Assembly: GCA_964016885.1 (NCBI GenBank)
Contig: OZ024743.1
Coordinates: 22,010,001 to 22,074,000, forward strand
Direction: 5' to 3'
Length of the DNA stretch: 64,000 nt
From: Eledone cirrhosa
Lineage: Eukaryota
The notes below the pieces were generated by a model. It did no database searches, was not told the DNA's origin, and saw nothing but the letters and a program-made list of their open reading frames with translations. Position numbers and translations under genes: made by a program. Shown piece after piece: positions 1 through 13,314 of this stretch (position 1 is the stretch's first letter; every line of letters starts with the position of its first letter).

Positions 1-603
1 CTAGATATGATCTAGATGACTCTATGCGATTTGTCCAAGTCCACATTGGCACATTCGGGAAATCCAATCGGTACCTGTCAGACAGTTCAAAACGCCTTAG
101 CAGGTTGGTGAGACTCTTGCACCTTCCTCCCCTATCCGTTAATAGTCCCGCCGTGCATCTAAGATCCCGTTCCAGTCGCCTACTAACACTAAAGAGCGGG
201 ACGTTCCAAGAAAGGTCTCCAGACGCCGGAAGAAATCAGGCCGCCCTGCTCCTGTCGGGGCATAGACGGCCACTAGCCTGAAAGCTTGCCTGTCTCCGCT
301 GGTCACGTCCAGCACCACCAACTTACCTTCTGGGTTCAGGAAGATGGCCCATATGGCGAGATCCAAACCTCTCCGAAAAAGCACAGCAACTCCCCCCCCC
401 CCCCCCGATCCCGGACGGCTGGGAGATGCGTACACATCGTAGCTGCCGAAGATCGGTGCGAAGGCCCGTGCTTCGGAGATTCTGGTCTCGCTGATGGCCA
501 CTACATCTATGTTTAGTGACCTGAGGTCGTTGAGCAGGTGGCCCTGCTTCCATGACGATCCCAAGCCACGCGCATTTATGCTGCCTATTCTGAGTGAGGT
601 CAT
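1..603 (-). pseudogene. ORF2 apurinic-like endonuclease (APE) domain, frameshifted near 140
   Basis: Motifs SINARGL, VAISET, GVAVLF, VAVYAP, LVGDWN; continues in another frame as DRYRLDFPNVPMWTWTNRIESSRSYL. Confidence 0.85.
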
Positions 604-2776
604 GTTGAAATGGAGTGGAAAAGATGGGAAAGACCACTTACCTTACTTCTCGTAGAGGAAGGACGGTTTCTCCATCCTTTTCACTGCTTGTGGCCACCTC
701 AGGAAGGATGTCCTTATAAATACTTCTGGAGAGTGCTTGTCGGAAGTCTCCGATGTCTTTGGGGAATTTTTTGTTTTAGTGTCATGTACGTTTTCTGTGT
801 GATGCGAGTGATTTGTATGTGTGGAGGTGGTGTGAACTTTTGGGTTGTTGTGTAGTCTTTTTCTGTGATGCTGGTGTTGTGTTGGATGTAGTGTAATAAT
901 TGGTTGTTGTTCAAATTTAATGCTGTGTAGTGTGTATCGTTTTGGTTGTTTTGTTTTGTTTGTGTTTGTTGTGGGTTTGTTTCTGTTTCGCTTTTTGGTG
1001 ACTTTTGTGGTGTAGGTGATGGTGGTGTTGGGGTTAATGATGGTGATGGTGTTGGTGTTTGGGTTGATGGGGTTGGTGATGCTGGTGTGGATGGTGGCAT
1101 AGTTGTCCTAACTTTTTTTTTGATAGTTTATTTGTTTCCCTCTGTATTTTGTTTTTGGAGGGGGAAGGAAGGGGATTTTTTTCTTTTTTGGTTTCTTTTT
1201 TCTTTTTTTCTTTTTTTCTTTTTTTCTTTTTTTCTTTTTTTCTGATACCGTTTCCCACTCCTCGTCCTCACAATCTGTCTCCAGTTGCGATAGGAGTGGA
1301 AAATCCTCCACAGGCGTTGGTTTTGGTTGTGGTGTGGTGGATTGTGTAGGCGCTGGTGCTAGTTCTGGCACGTCGGGTGGTGGTGGTGTTGGTTTTGCTA
1401 CTGTTGCTGGGGTTGTTGCTCTTACAGTTGCTTCTGTTGTTGCTGCTACAGTTGTTGCTGTCATTTCTGCTGCTGGTGGTGTTGATGGTTGAGTCACAGG
1501 GGTGGGTAAGAGAGGTGGCCTCAACCTTTTAGCCTGAGGGCAGAAAGCCCTTAGGTGGGTTCCTTCACCACAAACGACACACCTAGGCCTTCTGCCCTCG
1601 ACGATTATGGTGAGGTGGCTGCCGTCAGTGAGGTCTATTACCTCTGGGATCTCCTCAATGCTTTTTTGGTCCGCTTGGATCAGGAGCTCCAGCCCAGATC
1701 CGGACCAGTTCTTCTTTTCTTTCGCTATTTCGATTATCTTGGTGTTGGCTTCGATACCGGCGAGGACGGCAGCCATTAGCCAGGGAATTTCGATGGCCGG
1801 TGGAACGTGGGTCACCCTGATCTTCACGAGCCACAATAGCTTGGGACGAGTGTGAAGTCGTCACTTCTTAATGGGGCAATGGAGTGTTCTCTGGCCTCCT
1901 GTGGTGTTTTAAAGAACACGTCCACGGTTCCATATTTCTACCCACGTCAGATGTGTGGGTTTTTTTGCCCACACATGTCCCAAAGCTTTTTGGATTTGGG
2001 ACTCGGATGCCCGTTCCACTTGGCGCGATTTTATGTTAATCGTCCGATAAGACACGGTGCATAGGCGCCGATGCTCCATTTTATTAGGTGGGGGGTGGGG
2101 GTTAGGCTGACCCTGTACGCATCTTTCTTTACCATATTTTTGGCTTCTTCTAATTCCTCCTGAGTTACTTGGAATGCTTCGCACTTTTTTGCTACTCTGG
2201 CAAAAGACAGGGTTGTTTTCTTAATTTCATTGTTGCTGTTGTTGTTATCGTTATTTTTGTTATTGTTAATTTTAGTTTCAGTTGTGGTGGTGGTGGCGTC
2301 AGTGGTGTTCGGTGTGGAAGAGTTCATTATCACGTGATAATTTATTTTTTTATTTTGTTTCTGTTGTCGCTGTGGTGGTGGTGGTGGTGGTGGTGGCGGC
2401 TTCAACACCTGCAGTCATTGGTAATGGCGGGAAATGAATGTCTGCTTGAGACAAATTTAAAATATTGTTACTGCTTATATTTTTAGTGTTGGCAAACGTA
2501 GTAATATTTACAATGGTGGTGTTGGTGTGAGGTGTTAGTTTGTGAGGAAGGCTCTCAGCTACTGGGTTCAGCTGTGAGTCGGCCATGATTTTTCAAAGAA
2601 ATTTTTTTTTTTTTTTGATAGGCCCCAATCTTTTTGAGTGTCATTTTCAGAAAACAATGTATGTGCACTTATATACAGTTAACAATAAACATTTTCCAAT
2701 AATGGCAATTTTAAACAAGTGAAAATAACAAACCTTTGCGGAGCTCACGATAATACGATTTACTACGTAGGTCGCC
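1..2776 (-). mobile_element. Tx1/L1-clade non-LTR retrotransposon, 5' half (5'UTR, frameshifted ORF1, start of ORF2); runs off the window start
   Basis: ORF1 pieces 2586-2350, 2408-2031, 1836-1108 (gag knuckle CVVCGEGTHLRAFC = CX2CX4HX4C) and 1100-714, followed by an APE-domain ORF2 starting at 603. 5' end abuts (AAT)n at 2777. Confidence 0.85.
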
Positions 2777-2805
<29 letters not shown>

Positions 2806-2809
<4 letters not shown>

Positions 2810-2994
2810 TGTTTCTACTTTTGGCACAAGGCCAGCAATTACCCCAGTATATTACTGGTACTTTATTTTATCGACCCCATAAGGATGAAAGGCAAAGCTA
2901 ACCTCGGCGGGATTTGAACTCAGAATGTAAAGGACCGAAACTCTATGTTGCAAATCATAGTGTCCGACACTACCGATTCTACCAATCCACCACC
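2806..2994 (-). mobile_element. tRNA-derived SINE, family A (Meta/Sauria-type central domain, (ATT)n tail)
   Basis: A-box-like head, B box GAGTTCAAATCC, core GCCTTTCATCCTTAYGGGGTCGATAAAATAAAGTACCAG, tail AGTAGAAACAATTATT; more than 10 copies in the window. Confidence 0.85.
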
Positions 2995-3020
2995 CAATAA
3001 TAATAAAAAATAATAATAAT

Positions 3021-3500
3021 AATGATTTCTTCATTGGCCACTAAGGCCCACATATAGGGCCCACAAAGACAGGGACAATGGGGGTTTACAATGAAATCGA
3101 GTATAAATACACAATAACAAAACAATTAACAATGAACATATATAAAATTATATAAAAATATAAAATATATAAAATATTACAAACTAAATTCTCCAATGGG
3201 TGAAGGGGGAGGGGGGGCAACCACTCAGGGGCTATTCAAGTACCCCATGATTCTTGAACTACCCAACGCTTCAAGGGCAACCAGGAATAATAATTATTAT
3301 TTCTTTAAATTGGCCATGAGGGCCGAACATAGAGGACAATACAAAGATGGACAATACATAAAATCCAGTAAAAAAATAACAAAACCAATAAACAAAAAAT
3401 ATAAACTACAGAACTCCCTAATAGTGGGGAGAACCAGCGAGGGGTGACTTTTGAACCCCACCAATTCTGAATCACCCGACACTGCGACAGCACATGTGGA
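3021..3500 (-). mobile_element. 5'-truncated LINE 3'UTR fragment ending in (ATT)n (probably Tx1-type)
   Basis: Homologous by eye to 57199-57418 (+); both end GTGGYCA.T.AAGAAA.CATTATT. Confidence 0.5.
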
Positions 3501-4332
3501 AATCACTCCCCTCCTCTTCAAATCAACCAGCCTACTGGTACTTGCTCAGAATAGGCTGATTTATATGAGCCATTCTCACAACATTCACCCAACTTTTAGC
3601 AAATGTACTGAGGGGCAGCACTTCCCTCTCCACCCTCACCAGCCTTTCCAAGTGAAACTAACCTTTAAGGGATTTGAACTCCAAATGTAAAGTGTTGTAA
3701 CTATAAGCTGCAAAATACATTGTCTGTCACTCTTCCAATACAGCTAATTCACATGTCTAACAATAATAATTGTAACAGGCCCAAGTCATCAAAAGAGCCT
3801 CTTTGCAGTCTCACAGTCAATGAAAAATAGCAGCCAAATCACCCTCAAAGAAAGACCAACTATTTTTTAAGAGAAGTACACATTAGATAATGTAGTCCAT
3901 GATAGACTCTGTTTGAAAGATAAAAAGAAAGGAATATTTAGTGCTAGAATGTCTTTTATCTTCCTTGCAGGGCTACTAAGGTAATGAGGCACAGCCCCTT
4001 CCTCCAGACCAAACCAATTAAAAAAATATCTGTTCACTCAGGACTCACCTGAGGCTAAATAACAGCAAAGGCCGAATCATGATTTTTTAATATGTTGGCA
4101 CAAGGCCTATTAGTTGCATGTTGAATTGTTAGCAAAGTTATTTCTGTATATATCAGTGACTTATCTTAACAGTAGTGAATTTTGATCTTCTCTTCTTCAT
4201 ATTTTCACATCAGGTCACAATAATGCACAAACATTTTCATGCAAATTTCCATTCAAACTCATCTCTTTTCATTTCAAATGTTTATTTTTCTATCCATCAT
4301 TCGTTAATATAAATGTCTTTTTTTCTCCAAAT

Positions 4333-4380
<48 letters not shown>

Positions 4381-7288
4381 ATTCGTTGCTTTTTACAACC
4401 ATACAGATGTTCCTGAAGACATCTGGTATAGAAATGTTATTGTATTATTAACTTCAATACCAAGAAGTTATACAAAAGCAGTAAAAAATAACACAAAAAA
4501 AAAAACAACAAAAAAACAAGGGAAGAAAACAAACAACAATGGAGCAGTTCAGAATAAAGTATCAATGAATGCCAATCTGGTTTTTAAACATCTGATTGAT
4601 TGAGTATTTATTTATACTCAGGTCATATTTAAATACCTTTGGCTCTCATTTATTTTTGCTTAATTTCCATGGTGCATGCTGTGTTTTATAACAGCATAGG
4701 AGATTCTGTCACATCTCCTATCATTTCTAAAAACCACACGCATTTCTTGTTTAATGAGATATTTATTCTCAATGGCTATTTCATAGCTATTATTATACAA
4801 ACCAGTTGTAAACCCAGTTTGAATGATTTTATTTTAGCAGGCTGAGAAGTATTTGGCATTAGGAAGGGCATCCAGCCAACGAAACCAAACCCAAAAGGGA
4901 ACATATGAGCAAGGCGCAGTCATCTGACATGCCTAGTCTCAGAACATGATAACCTGTCTAATCCATGCAAGCAAGAAAAATAGATGTAAAATGGTGATGA
5001 TGATGATGATAATGGTGAGCATAGCTTCCTTTATTTCTTTTTTAATATATCCCCCCCCCCCACACACACACACACCCCACACACACACCACCACCACCAT
5101 CTATCAAATACAGTGGCTTCACGAATGGCAAACTTTTATTTTTTCTTTGGTTATTTGATGGATATATAGGAAGTATTTGTATCCACCTGATCTTTGTAGC
5201 TCTCTAAGACTTGAGGAATGTTTTGTGCCCTCTTGATTTTTTTAAGCTCTCTAAAATTTAAATTTGTCTCCCTTGATCTTTGTAAGCTCTCTAAAACAGA
5301 AGGAAGGGGTTGTGCACACTTGATTTTTATAAGCTTTCTATGATTGATGGAAGGAATTGTACCACTCTAAGACAGGTGAAATTGTTATGGTTAATGTCCC
5401 TCTTGAATAGTTGCAAGTTGATAGTTGACAGAGATGGAATTCCTGTTGACTGACATTCTTGGGAAGAAAGGATTGAATGTAATGATTAATGCAGACCAGG
5501 GAAGAGGACATGATATGATTGTCAAGAGCAGGAGGAGGAGTGAGCTGGAAATGCCGGAGTTGAGATTACAAAAAACTAACCAAACTTTGAGGAATAGAAT
5601 CCCCAGTAGCAGTGGTAGAAAAGTCAGAGAAATGAAACAGCATGGTCGAACAGAGGTTTAATTGTATTGTGCAACTAGCTGGTTTATAGTCCATTCTTTC
5701 AAAATTTTTGCATGTCTTCATTATATTTCTAAATAGGGTACCTATTTACCCATTGCTCCAACAGTACCTAGATGTAGGGAATACCAGATTGTTTGAAAAG
5801 CATCTTGTCCAGTTGAAATTTTATTCTAATTCTTTTAAAATTATAGAAATCAAAAATGTGAGCTGTCCCCTATAGATACTTATATAAAGAAAATATTGTC
5901 ACTTAATTATGATGAAAGGCAGTGCCCATGACCTTTTTCAGGTTCTTCCAAGGCTGGAAGGAAGGGTAAGGAAGTTATCTTCAAACTGGAAGCCTGATTC
6001 AAATGCTTGAAACACAGTTGATTCCACTAAAGGACCGGGCAGTGGTGTGAAACTGAGTAGCCAATTAATTTTACCACCAAAGTAGGCCACAGTGAGATTT
6101 GAACTCAAAGAACAAGAACAAATACTGTGACACTTCCTATCCACTCCAATGACCAGATTGATAATTTAATTATTGACCCCAGAAGTTCATCTAGTGGTAT
6201 TTGAGCTGAGGACACATGGAACTGGAATATACCACAAAGCATTTTCTCTAATGCTTAGTACTTCTGCCAATTAATCTCCCTGAATTGCATAGATTGGGGC
6301 ATTTTATAAATTCAGATTTTTGCATCATTTTCTCTTGTGCAAACTATACAACAATACAGCTCTGATAACCTTCATTGTCAGTGGAAGTAATTACAATAAT
6401 TCATTTAAGAAACACAATACAATGTCCTTTTACAAGATTTAAACATGTAATCTATGAAGCTGAAGTCTAGGAATTTAGCATTTTAGCCAGTCTGTTTCAT
6501 GAATGATGTTTGATACAACCCTACTATTTCTGAGATATTGATTTACTTCATAGGAGCAGAGAACCACATAATTTTAGCAACTCAGGAAATGGTGTATTGT
6601 GATGTTTATACATTTCACAAAGGATTTAAAGAAAGTAAAATAGCTTCATCTGGGAATCAAAACTATTATAGAACCAAAGCTTGCTTGGAGCTTACCTTTT
6701 CCTCTCCACTATTCACCGATATTCTAGTAGTTATATCATGACTATCCCATTATTTTAATTCACTGCTCTGTTAGCCAAAGTATTGATTTCTAATTTCCTC
6801 ATAAGACAACAGATGCAGCATAGCCCTATGGTTAAGAAGTTAACTTTGAAATCAAAAGGCCCCAGGTTCAGTTCCATTGCAGGTGTCGTTGGCTCTAGGT
6901 TGACCATACAGTTGGAGGAGAAATTCTGTAGGTGAAAATGGTGGAAAAGTCTGTCAATTGAATTGTCACTGTAATTCAAAGATCTAGGCTTACCACACAG
7001 TGTCTTATTGATTCTTTCTGAAGATAAAATCAAGAAATCACATGTCTGAGGAATATGCAGCCACTTACAAACTAATTCAACAACTTAAAGTTTACTTGAT
7101 TGACCAACAGAATACTCATCATCAAAACTGAGATCGATTGATACAAGGCAATATGTTTATAAGAAACAGTCAACTGGTACATTGTAATATTTGGATTTTT
7201 CTAGTCAAGAATTGTACAAAAGCCTGTCATATGTATGTGTGTGTGTGCTTGTGTGTATGTGTGTAATTATTTGTATATATATATATAT

Positions 7289-7594
7289 CTTGCAATCGAA
7301 AGGTTGTGAGTTCAATTCTCAGACTGGGTGATGTGTTGTTTCCTTGAGCAAGACACTTTATTTCACATTGCTCCAGTTTACTCAGCTGTAGAAATGAGAT
7401 GATAGGACTAGGGTCCATATCATTCCACTGTAAAGTGGTCGTGGAGGTGCCACGGCAAAAAAGCACCCAGCACTCACTGTAAATGAGGTTGGTGTTAGGA
7501 AGGGCATCCAGCTGTAGACATCAAGCCAGAATCAGTTCCCGTCCCACCCTTGCAAGCAGGGAAAAGCAGACGTAAAATGAAATGATGATGATGA
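7289..7594 (+). mobile_element. SINE family B copy, 5'-truncated, with an alternative RTE tail
   Basis: Body near-identical to 52180-52430; tail matches the RTE 3' end at 36652-36710. Confidence 0.85.
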
Positions 7595-9002
7595 TATATA
7601 AAGTAAAATGGCTGTGGGTTTAGAATATGTACACCACCATACAAAATGGTTAAAAGGGTTGGCATCAGGAAAGACATCTGGCTGTAAGACACTGCCCTAA
7701 ATGTCACCTCCAACCCATATCAGCTTGGAAAAGTCAATGTAAAAATGATAATTATAATTATGATGATAATGATTTACATATGTGCTGGTGTGTGTGTGTC
7801 TGTGTGTATGTTATCATTTATGTTTACTGGTGTAAAATCTAGTCTTTTGTCCAGAAGATAACTTAGCTATTCAATACATGTAAATCAATAAAAGACATAC
7901 CAGATTGATCAAATATTGGGATTGATGTGATTGACTAAAAAGCCATGACGGTTATGCCTCAGCAGAGTCATAATCCAGTGATTGAAGCCAGTAAAACAGT
8001 CAATGAAAAGAGTTATATTAAATCCAAAGAACAAATAACCCAACAAAAGTATTAATCGACTTTGAAAGGATGACAGACAATTGACTTCTGTTTGATTAGA
8101 ACTCTGAATGCAGAGAACCAGGACAAATACCCAAAGGTCTTTTATCTGATAATCTAACGCCTCTGCCAATTCCATTGTTTGTTTCGATTTATCAAATTTT
8201 ACTCAGAAGGTATTGGTTGTTTTGAGCTTATATTTTCCATTTATTTATTCATGTATACTCATTTGTATATAATGTGCACATATAATCATAGGCAGTAAAA
8301 TCTTGAAAAAATATCTCTCATGTGTAATATGCACTGACTTTTCTCTGGTATCATCATCATCATCATCGTTTAACGTCTATCTTCCACGCTAGTATGATTA
8401 TGTAAGGGGAAACATATGTATGGAAACAGTCTGATACATGATAGAATGAAAAATCATTGAGCTCATTTATCATTCACTTTCTCAGCTAGCAAGAAGTTGG
8501 ATGGGTCCTCAGCAGACAGGATTGATACTCAAAACAGAAGTACTGACCACCCAGTAGGCTGGGAGACTGCATCCTGCTTACATATTTTCCTGTACTCTAC
8601 TGAGTATTCAGATGGGCTGGCAGCCTGCAATTTGCTTAAATACAATCCCATGTGCTACTGAGTGTGATTTATTGTGATATTTTATTATTTATATATCCTA
8701 ACTAAAATCGTAAAAAAAGTAAATTTGAAAGTAGCCATTGAATTTTCACAGTATAGACCATAAAAGAACATCAACCATAAAGTCAACATTATCGAAATCA
8801 CACTATCATGTTCTTTCATGAAAAAGAAAAAAATTGATATTATATACAAATAAATACGATATAGTTTCTAAGACATAGTAATGAAATTGGAAGACTTAAG
8901 CAATGTTGGCTTAATGACAAATATTTTCCTTTGTCTTGGTCATCTTGGAGTCAAGCCCATAATTCTTATTTTCAAGATTCTTTATCAACTCTTCAATTGA
9001 TT

Positions 9003-9260
9003 CATCATCATCATCATCATCATCACATCCATTTTTCCATGCTTACATGGGTTGGACTAATCTTTTCCAGCACAACAGTTCTCCACTCATGGTCCTTCGT
9101 CATCTTGCCTGTGAGCTTCAGCAATTTGATATCAGCTCTCACAGCTAGATCTTTCTTGGTCTCCCTCTACTGCAGCATCCTTCCACTGGGATTTCTTGGC
9201 ACTTCTTCACCCAACAATTGTCCTCCATATGCATCACATGATCTGCAATGAAAACTGAAT
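9003..9260 (-). mobile_element. RTE LINE 3' fragment
   Basis: HVMHMEDNCWVKKCQEIPVEG...RGRPRK, then (GAT)n tail. Confidence 0.7.
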
Positions 9261-9642
9261 GGTCATTATATGACAATGTCCAGGGATTTGTGGAGGTATG
9301 CAAAGCTGTGTAGTTAAGATACCTGCTTTGCAACCACATTGTCTTGGGCTTCGTTCTGCTGTGCACCATCTTCTAACATAACTTCCAGATAACCAATGCT
9401 TGAGTGAAATTCATCCAATTATGTGTAATATTGTGGTGAGTGTATATCAGTAAAAGATATACAATTCAGTGAGAAAATGCTAATAAACCAGTGTGTCAAA
9501 CAGAAATATCTTGAGGTACATATTTTGCCTATGCTGCACAAATGCTTATCATCATGTTTACCTCCATTTTTCCATGCTGGTATGGGTGAGGTGTTTTGAG
9601 ACAATGTTTTACAGCTAGATGTCTTTCTTGTCATATAAATAA

Positions 9643-9800
9643 TTATTTCTACTTTTTGGCACAAGGCCAGCAATTATCCTAGTGTATTACTGGTACTTTA
9701 TTTTATCGACCCCGTAAGGATGAAAGGCAAAGTTAACCTCGGCAGGGATTTTAACTCAGACCATAAAGGGCCGTAACTCTTTGCTACAAAGCATGGCGTA
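9643..9800 (-). mobile_element. SINE family A copy
   Basis: Same core and tail as 2806-2994. Confidence 0.8.
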
Positions 9801-10202
9801 TGGTTTTCATTTTTAAACATAAGGACATCAATTTAGAAGAGGATAAGTTAATTAACTTAACGCAGCATATAACAGGTATTTATAGTTGTGATCCTTGAAG
9901 TATGAAAAGCAAACTCAGCTCCAGTTTGATTTGAACTCAAAACTTATTAGAATAAAATCTATATACTGTCAGGCAACTGTTTTACTGTTTCAGATACACA
10001 CCTGGATTTCTCATTATAAATGTACTGACCCTGAGAAAAGGTCTTGAAAATGCACTTTGTTTCACTGATCCACTTGTGAACAAGTACATTGTTGAGCTGT
10101 GATGGGATTATGATGTAATTGTAATTCATCAGTGAATATATATATATGTTGTGTGAGTGTGAGTGTGTGTTTATACATACATACATACATATATACATAC
10201 AA

Positions 10203-10252
<50 letters not shown>

Positions 10253-10659
10253 GGACACACACACACATACATACGGACACACAGACATACATACATACAT
10301 TACATTAAATACATCATACATATATATAAAGGCATAGTTATTAGTAAATAGATTACAAAATCTTTTTCCAGTTGACTAAACACTTCAGTAATTTGTTTGT
10401 TTGTGGTTGACTGAATCTGCAAGTGAGAAAGTAAATAGAGCTGAGTAACTACTTCATCTGATTGATGTTTTCTACAGTTTAATGAGGGATTTGAAATTTG
10501 GCAAGGTCGTTTCAGGTCGAAATAAAACAAAACATTATTTAATGACACAAGAGATTGATTCATTTTCTTTTGTTTCCAGTATTTTAATTCTTTTTTTTAT
10601 ATATATATATATATATATAGATGAGTTTTGGGGGTGGAGTAGCCGCTTGTTCACATTTG

Positions 10660-11305
10660 TTTGTATTAATCCTATTAACATTACTGTATTGCCAAAGATT
10701 GTCTTCAGATATACTTATAAAAAAAAAAGCGCTAGTGTAATAAGACTGAGTCTTCAGATATGCTTGTATCACATTAACACTACTGTAACATGAAAAACTG
10801 ACTTTTTAGATATATTTATATAACATGATCACTAATGGCAGAGGTATAACTAGGGAAAATAGCACCTATGGCAAGCAGTGAAATTGCGCCCCTGCTCAGC
10901 ACTGTATTTTTATCTATGGAGGCCTAATAATTTATATAAATCGTTTAATGGTCCAGCCACCATAGTGTTCTCACTCATGATAACCAGAGATAGATCACAC
11001 ATCTGAAAGAGTTTCTTTTTTTCATTCTCCAAAAGGCTTATTTGACTTTAATAGAACATGCTCCCAGTCCAAGTGGTGCCCCCTTCATGTGGCAAGCATG
11101 GCATGTGCCATGCTTGCCATACCTTAGTTATGCCTCTGACTACTGGAACACCAACCAATGACTGAGCCTTCAGATATACATATAAAACATTAACATTACT
11201 GTAACACCAAAGACTGAGTCAACAGATACATTTGTATAACATTAACAATATTGTATTGCCAAAAGCTGAGTTTTCAGATAGGCTTGTATGACATTCCTGA
11301 CAATA
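10660..11305. repeat. Degenerate ~48-bp minisatellite interrupted by a MITE
   Basis: Recurrent ACATTAACA.TACTGTA.CACCAAAGACTGAGTCTTCAGATA units on both sides of 10839-11138. Confidence 0.65.
10839..11138. mobile_element. hAT-type MITE (300 bp)
   Basis: TIRs CAGAGGTATAACTAGGG / CCTTAGTTATGCCTCTG; 8-bp TSD ACTAATGG (10831-10838) / ACTACTGG (11139-11146). Confidence 0.8.
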
Positions 11306-11529
11306 TCATCATCATTATCACTGTTTAATATTTTATTGTTCATGTATGTTTATTTTAGACAGTCACACACTGAGGCTAGACTGATAACATGGAAAATCAG
11401 CGATATGTTAACAATTATATTAATATATATATACACACATGCACATATAATTGAATATGTATGCATATATATATATATAATCAATATATATATATATATA
11501 TATCAGAGAGACTGATAAATGTAGATGAT

Positions 11530-13222
11530 AAATGGGAGGAAGAGATGCTAACCCCAACCTACCCAACAGAAGGACTAGCCATTGCATTAAAGTTGACAGT
11601 TATAGGATTAAGGAAGCAATCAAAGAGATGAAAAAGGTTAAAGCTGCAAGACCCTCAGAAATAGTTGCTGAGATACTAAAGGCATCTGGAGAAGTAGGAG
11701 TTGAACTGATAACATGCATAGTCAATCAGGTAATACAGGACGGAGTGATACCCAATGACTGGCGCAGCAGTACAATCATAAATTGCTACAAGGGCAAAGA
11801 TGATTCTCTAGAAAGGAGCAACTATTGAGGAATAAAACTAATGGACCAAGTTATGAAAGTGATGGAAAGAGTTATAGCACAACTAATCAGAGAACGAGTC
11901 AAATTAAATGAGATGCAGTTTGGTTTTATGCCTGGGAAAAGTACTGCAGTAGCTCTCTTCTTTAAAAATAAGCCACTATATCTAACTTTCATTGATCTAG
12001 AAAAAGCCTTTGACAGAGCATCTTGATCTATTATCTGGTGGTCCTTCAGGAAATTAGGTGTAGAAGAATGGCTGGTGAGAGCAGTGCAAGCCATATACAG
12101 AGGAGCTGTCAGCAAAGTGAGAGGAGGAAGTGAGTTCAGTGAGGAATTCAAGGTACAGGTAGGAGTTCATCAGGGTTTGGTTCTTAGTCCACTACTATTC
12201 ATCATAGTTCTCCAGGCTATGACAAAGAAGCTTAAGACTGACTGCTCTATGCAGATGATCTGGTCCTTATAGCCAAATCCATTAAAGAACTAAAAAATAT
12301 GTTCCGACTATGGAAACTGAATGTGGAATCAAAAGGTATGAGAGTAAACTTAGTCAAAACTAAAGGGCTAGTGAGTATGAGAGGAGATAGGACCCTGATT
12401 CCTTCAAGGAAGTGGCCCTGCCTAATATGTAGAAAAGGTGTAGGGATGAATTCTACACAATGGATGAGTTCTATACAATATACAATGTAAATCTTGGGTA
12501 CACAAGAAATGTTGTGGGATAACAAGTAGGCTAAAAGGAAAGGAGGACTTTTTAAGTAGAAGATGCACATGAGTAACTGAGGGGAAGAGTGCCAATGATG
12601 TAGACCTTTTCCAGTTGCAGGAAAGATTCATAGAAGTGGTTGATAACTTCTGCTATCTAGGTGACTTAATTATCAATGGAGGAGGGTGCTCTGAGAACAT
12701 AGAAGTTAGAAATAAGGATAGGATGGAAAATGTTTAGAGAGTTACTCCCACTGTTGACCACAAAAGGTTTCTCCCTATATACAAAAGGACAACTATAAGT
12801 GTGTGAAGTGTGATGTTTCATCGTAGTGAAACGGGCTGTGACTGCAGAGAATATGCATAAACTGGAGAGAAGCAACCATGAAGCAACCATGCTTCGTTGG
12901 ATGTGCAATGTAAGTATGAGAGAAAGGCAGAGCTTGGATGAGTTGAGGGAGCAGCTGGGTTTGCAAGGAATCTGAGGGGGTGTGCAGGAGAGAATACTGC
13001 ATTGGTATGGACATGTGATGTACATGGATAATGACTAATGAGTTAAGAAATGCCAGGAAATCCCAGTAGAGGTAGACCAAAAAAGACCTGGGTGGAGTTT
13101 GTGAGAGCTGACCTCAAATCGCTGAAACTCACAGAGGAGGTGATGAAGGAACGCGATGACTGGAGAGATACTGTGCTGACAATAACCCATGCAACCATGG
13201 GAAACATAGACATAAAATGATA
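11530..13222 (+). mobile_element. Decayed RTE-clade LINE (RT to 3' end)
   Basis: IPNDWRSSTIINCYKGK, MQFGFMPGKST, FIDLEKAFDR, VGVHQGLVLSPLLF, ADDL; many stops and frameshifts. Confidence 0.9.
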
Positions 13223-13314
13223 TATATATAAATATATATATAATATATAATGATATATATATAAATATAAACTCTCCTATATTTCATTTCATGTCCGCTT
13301 TTTCCCTGCTTGTA

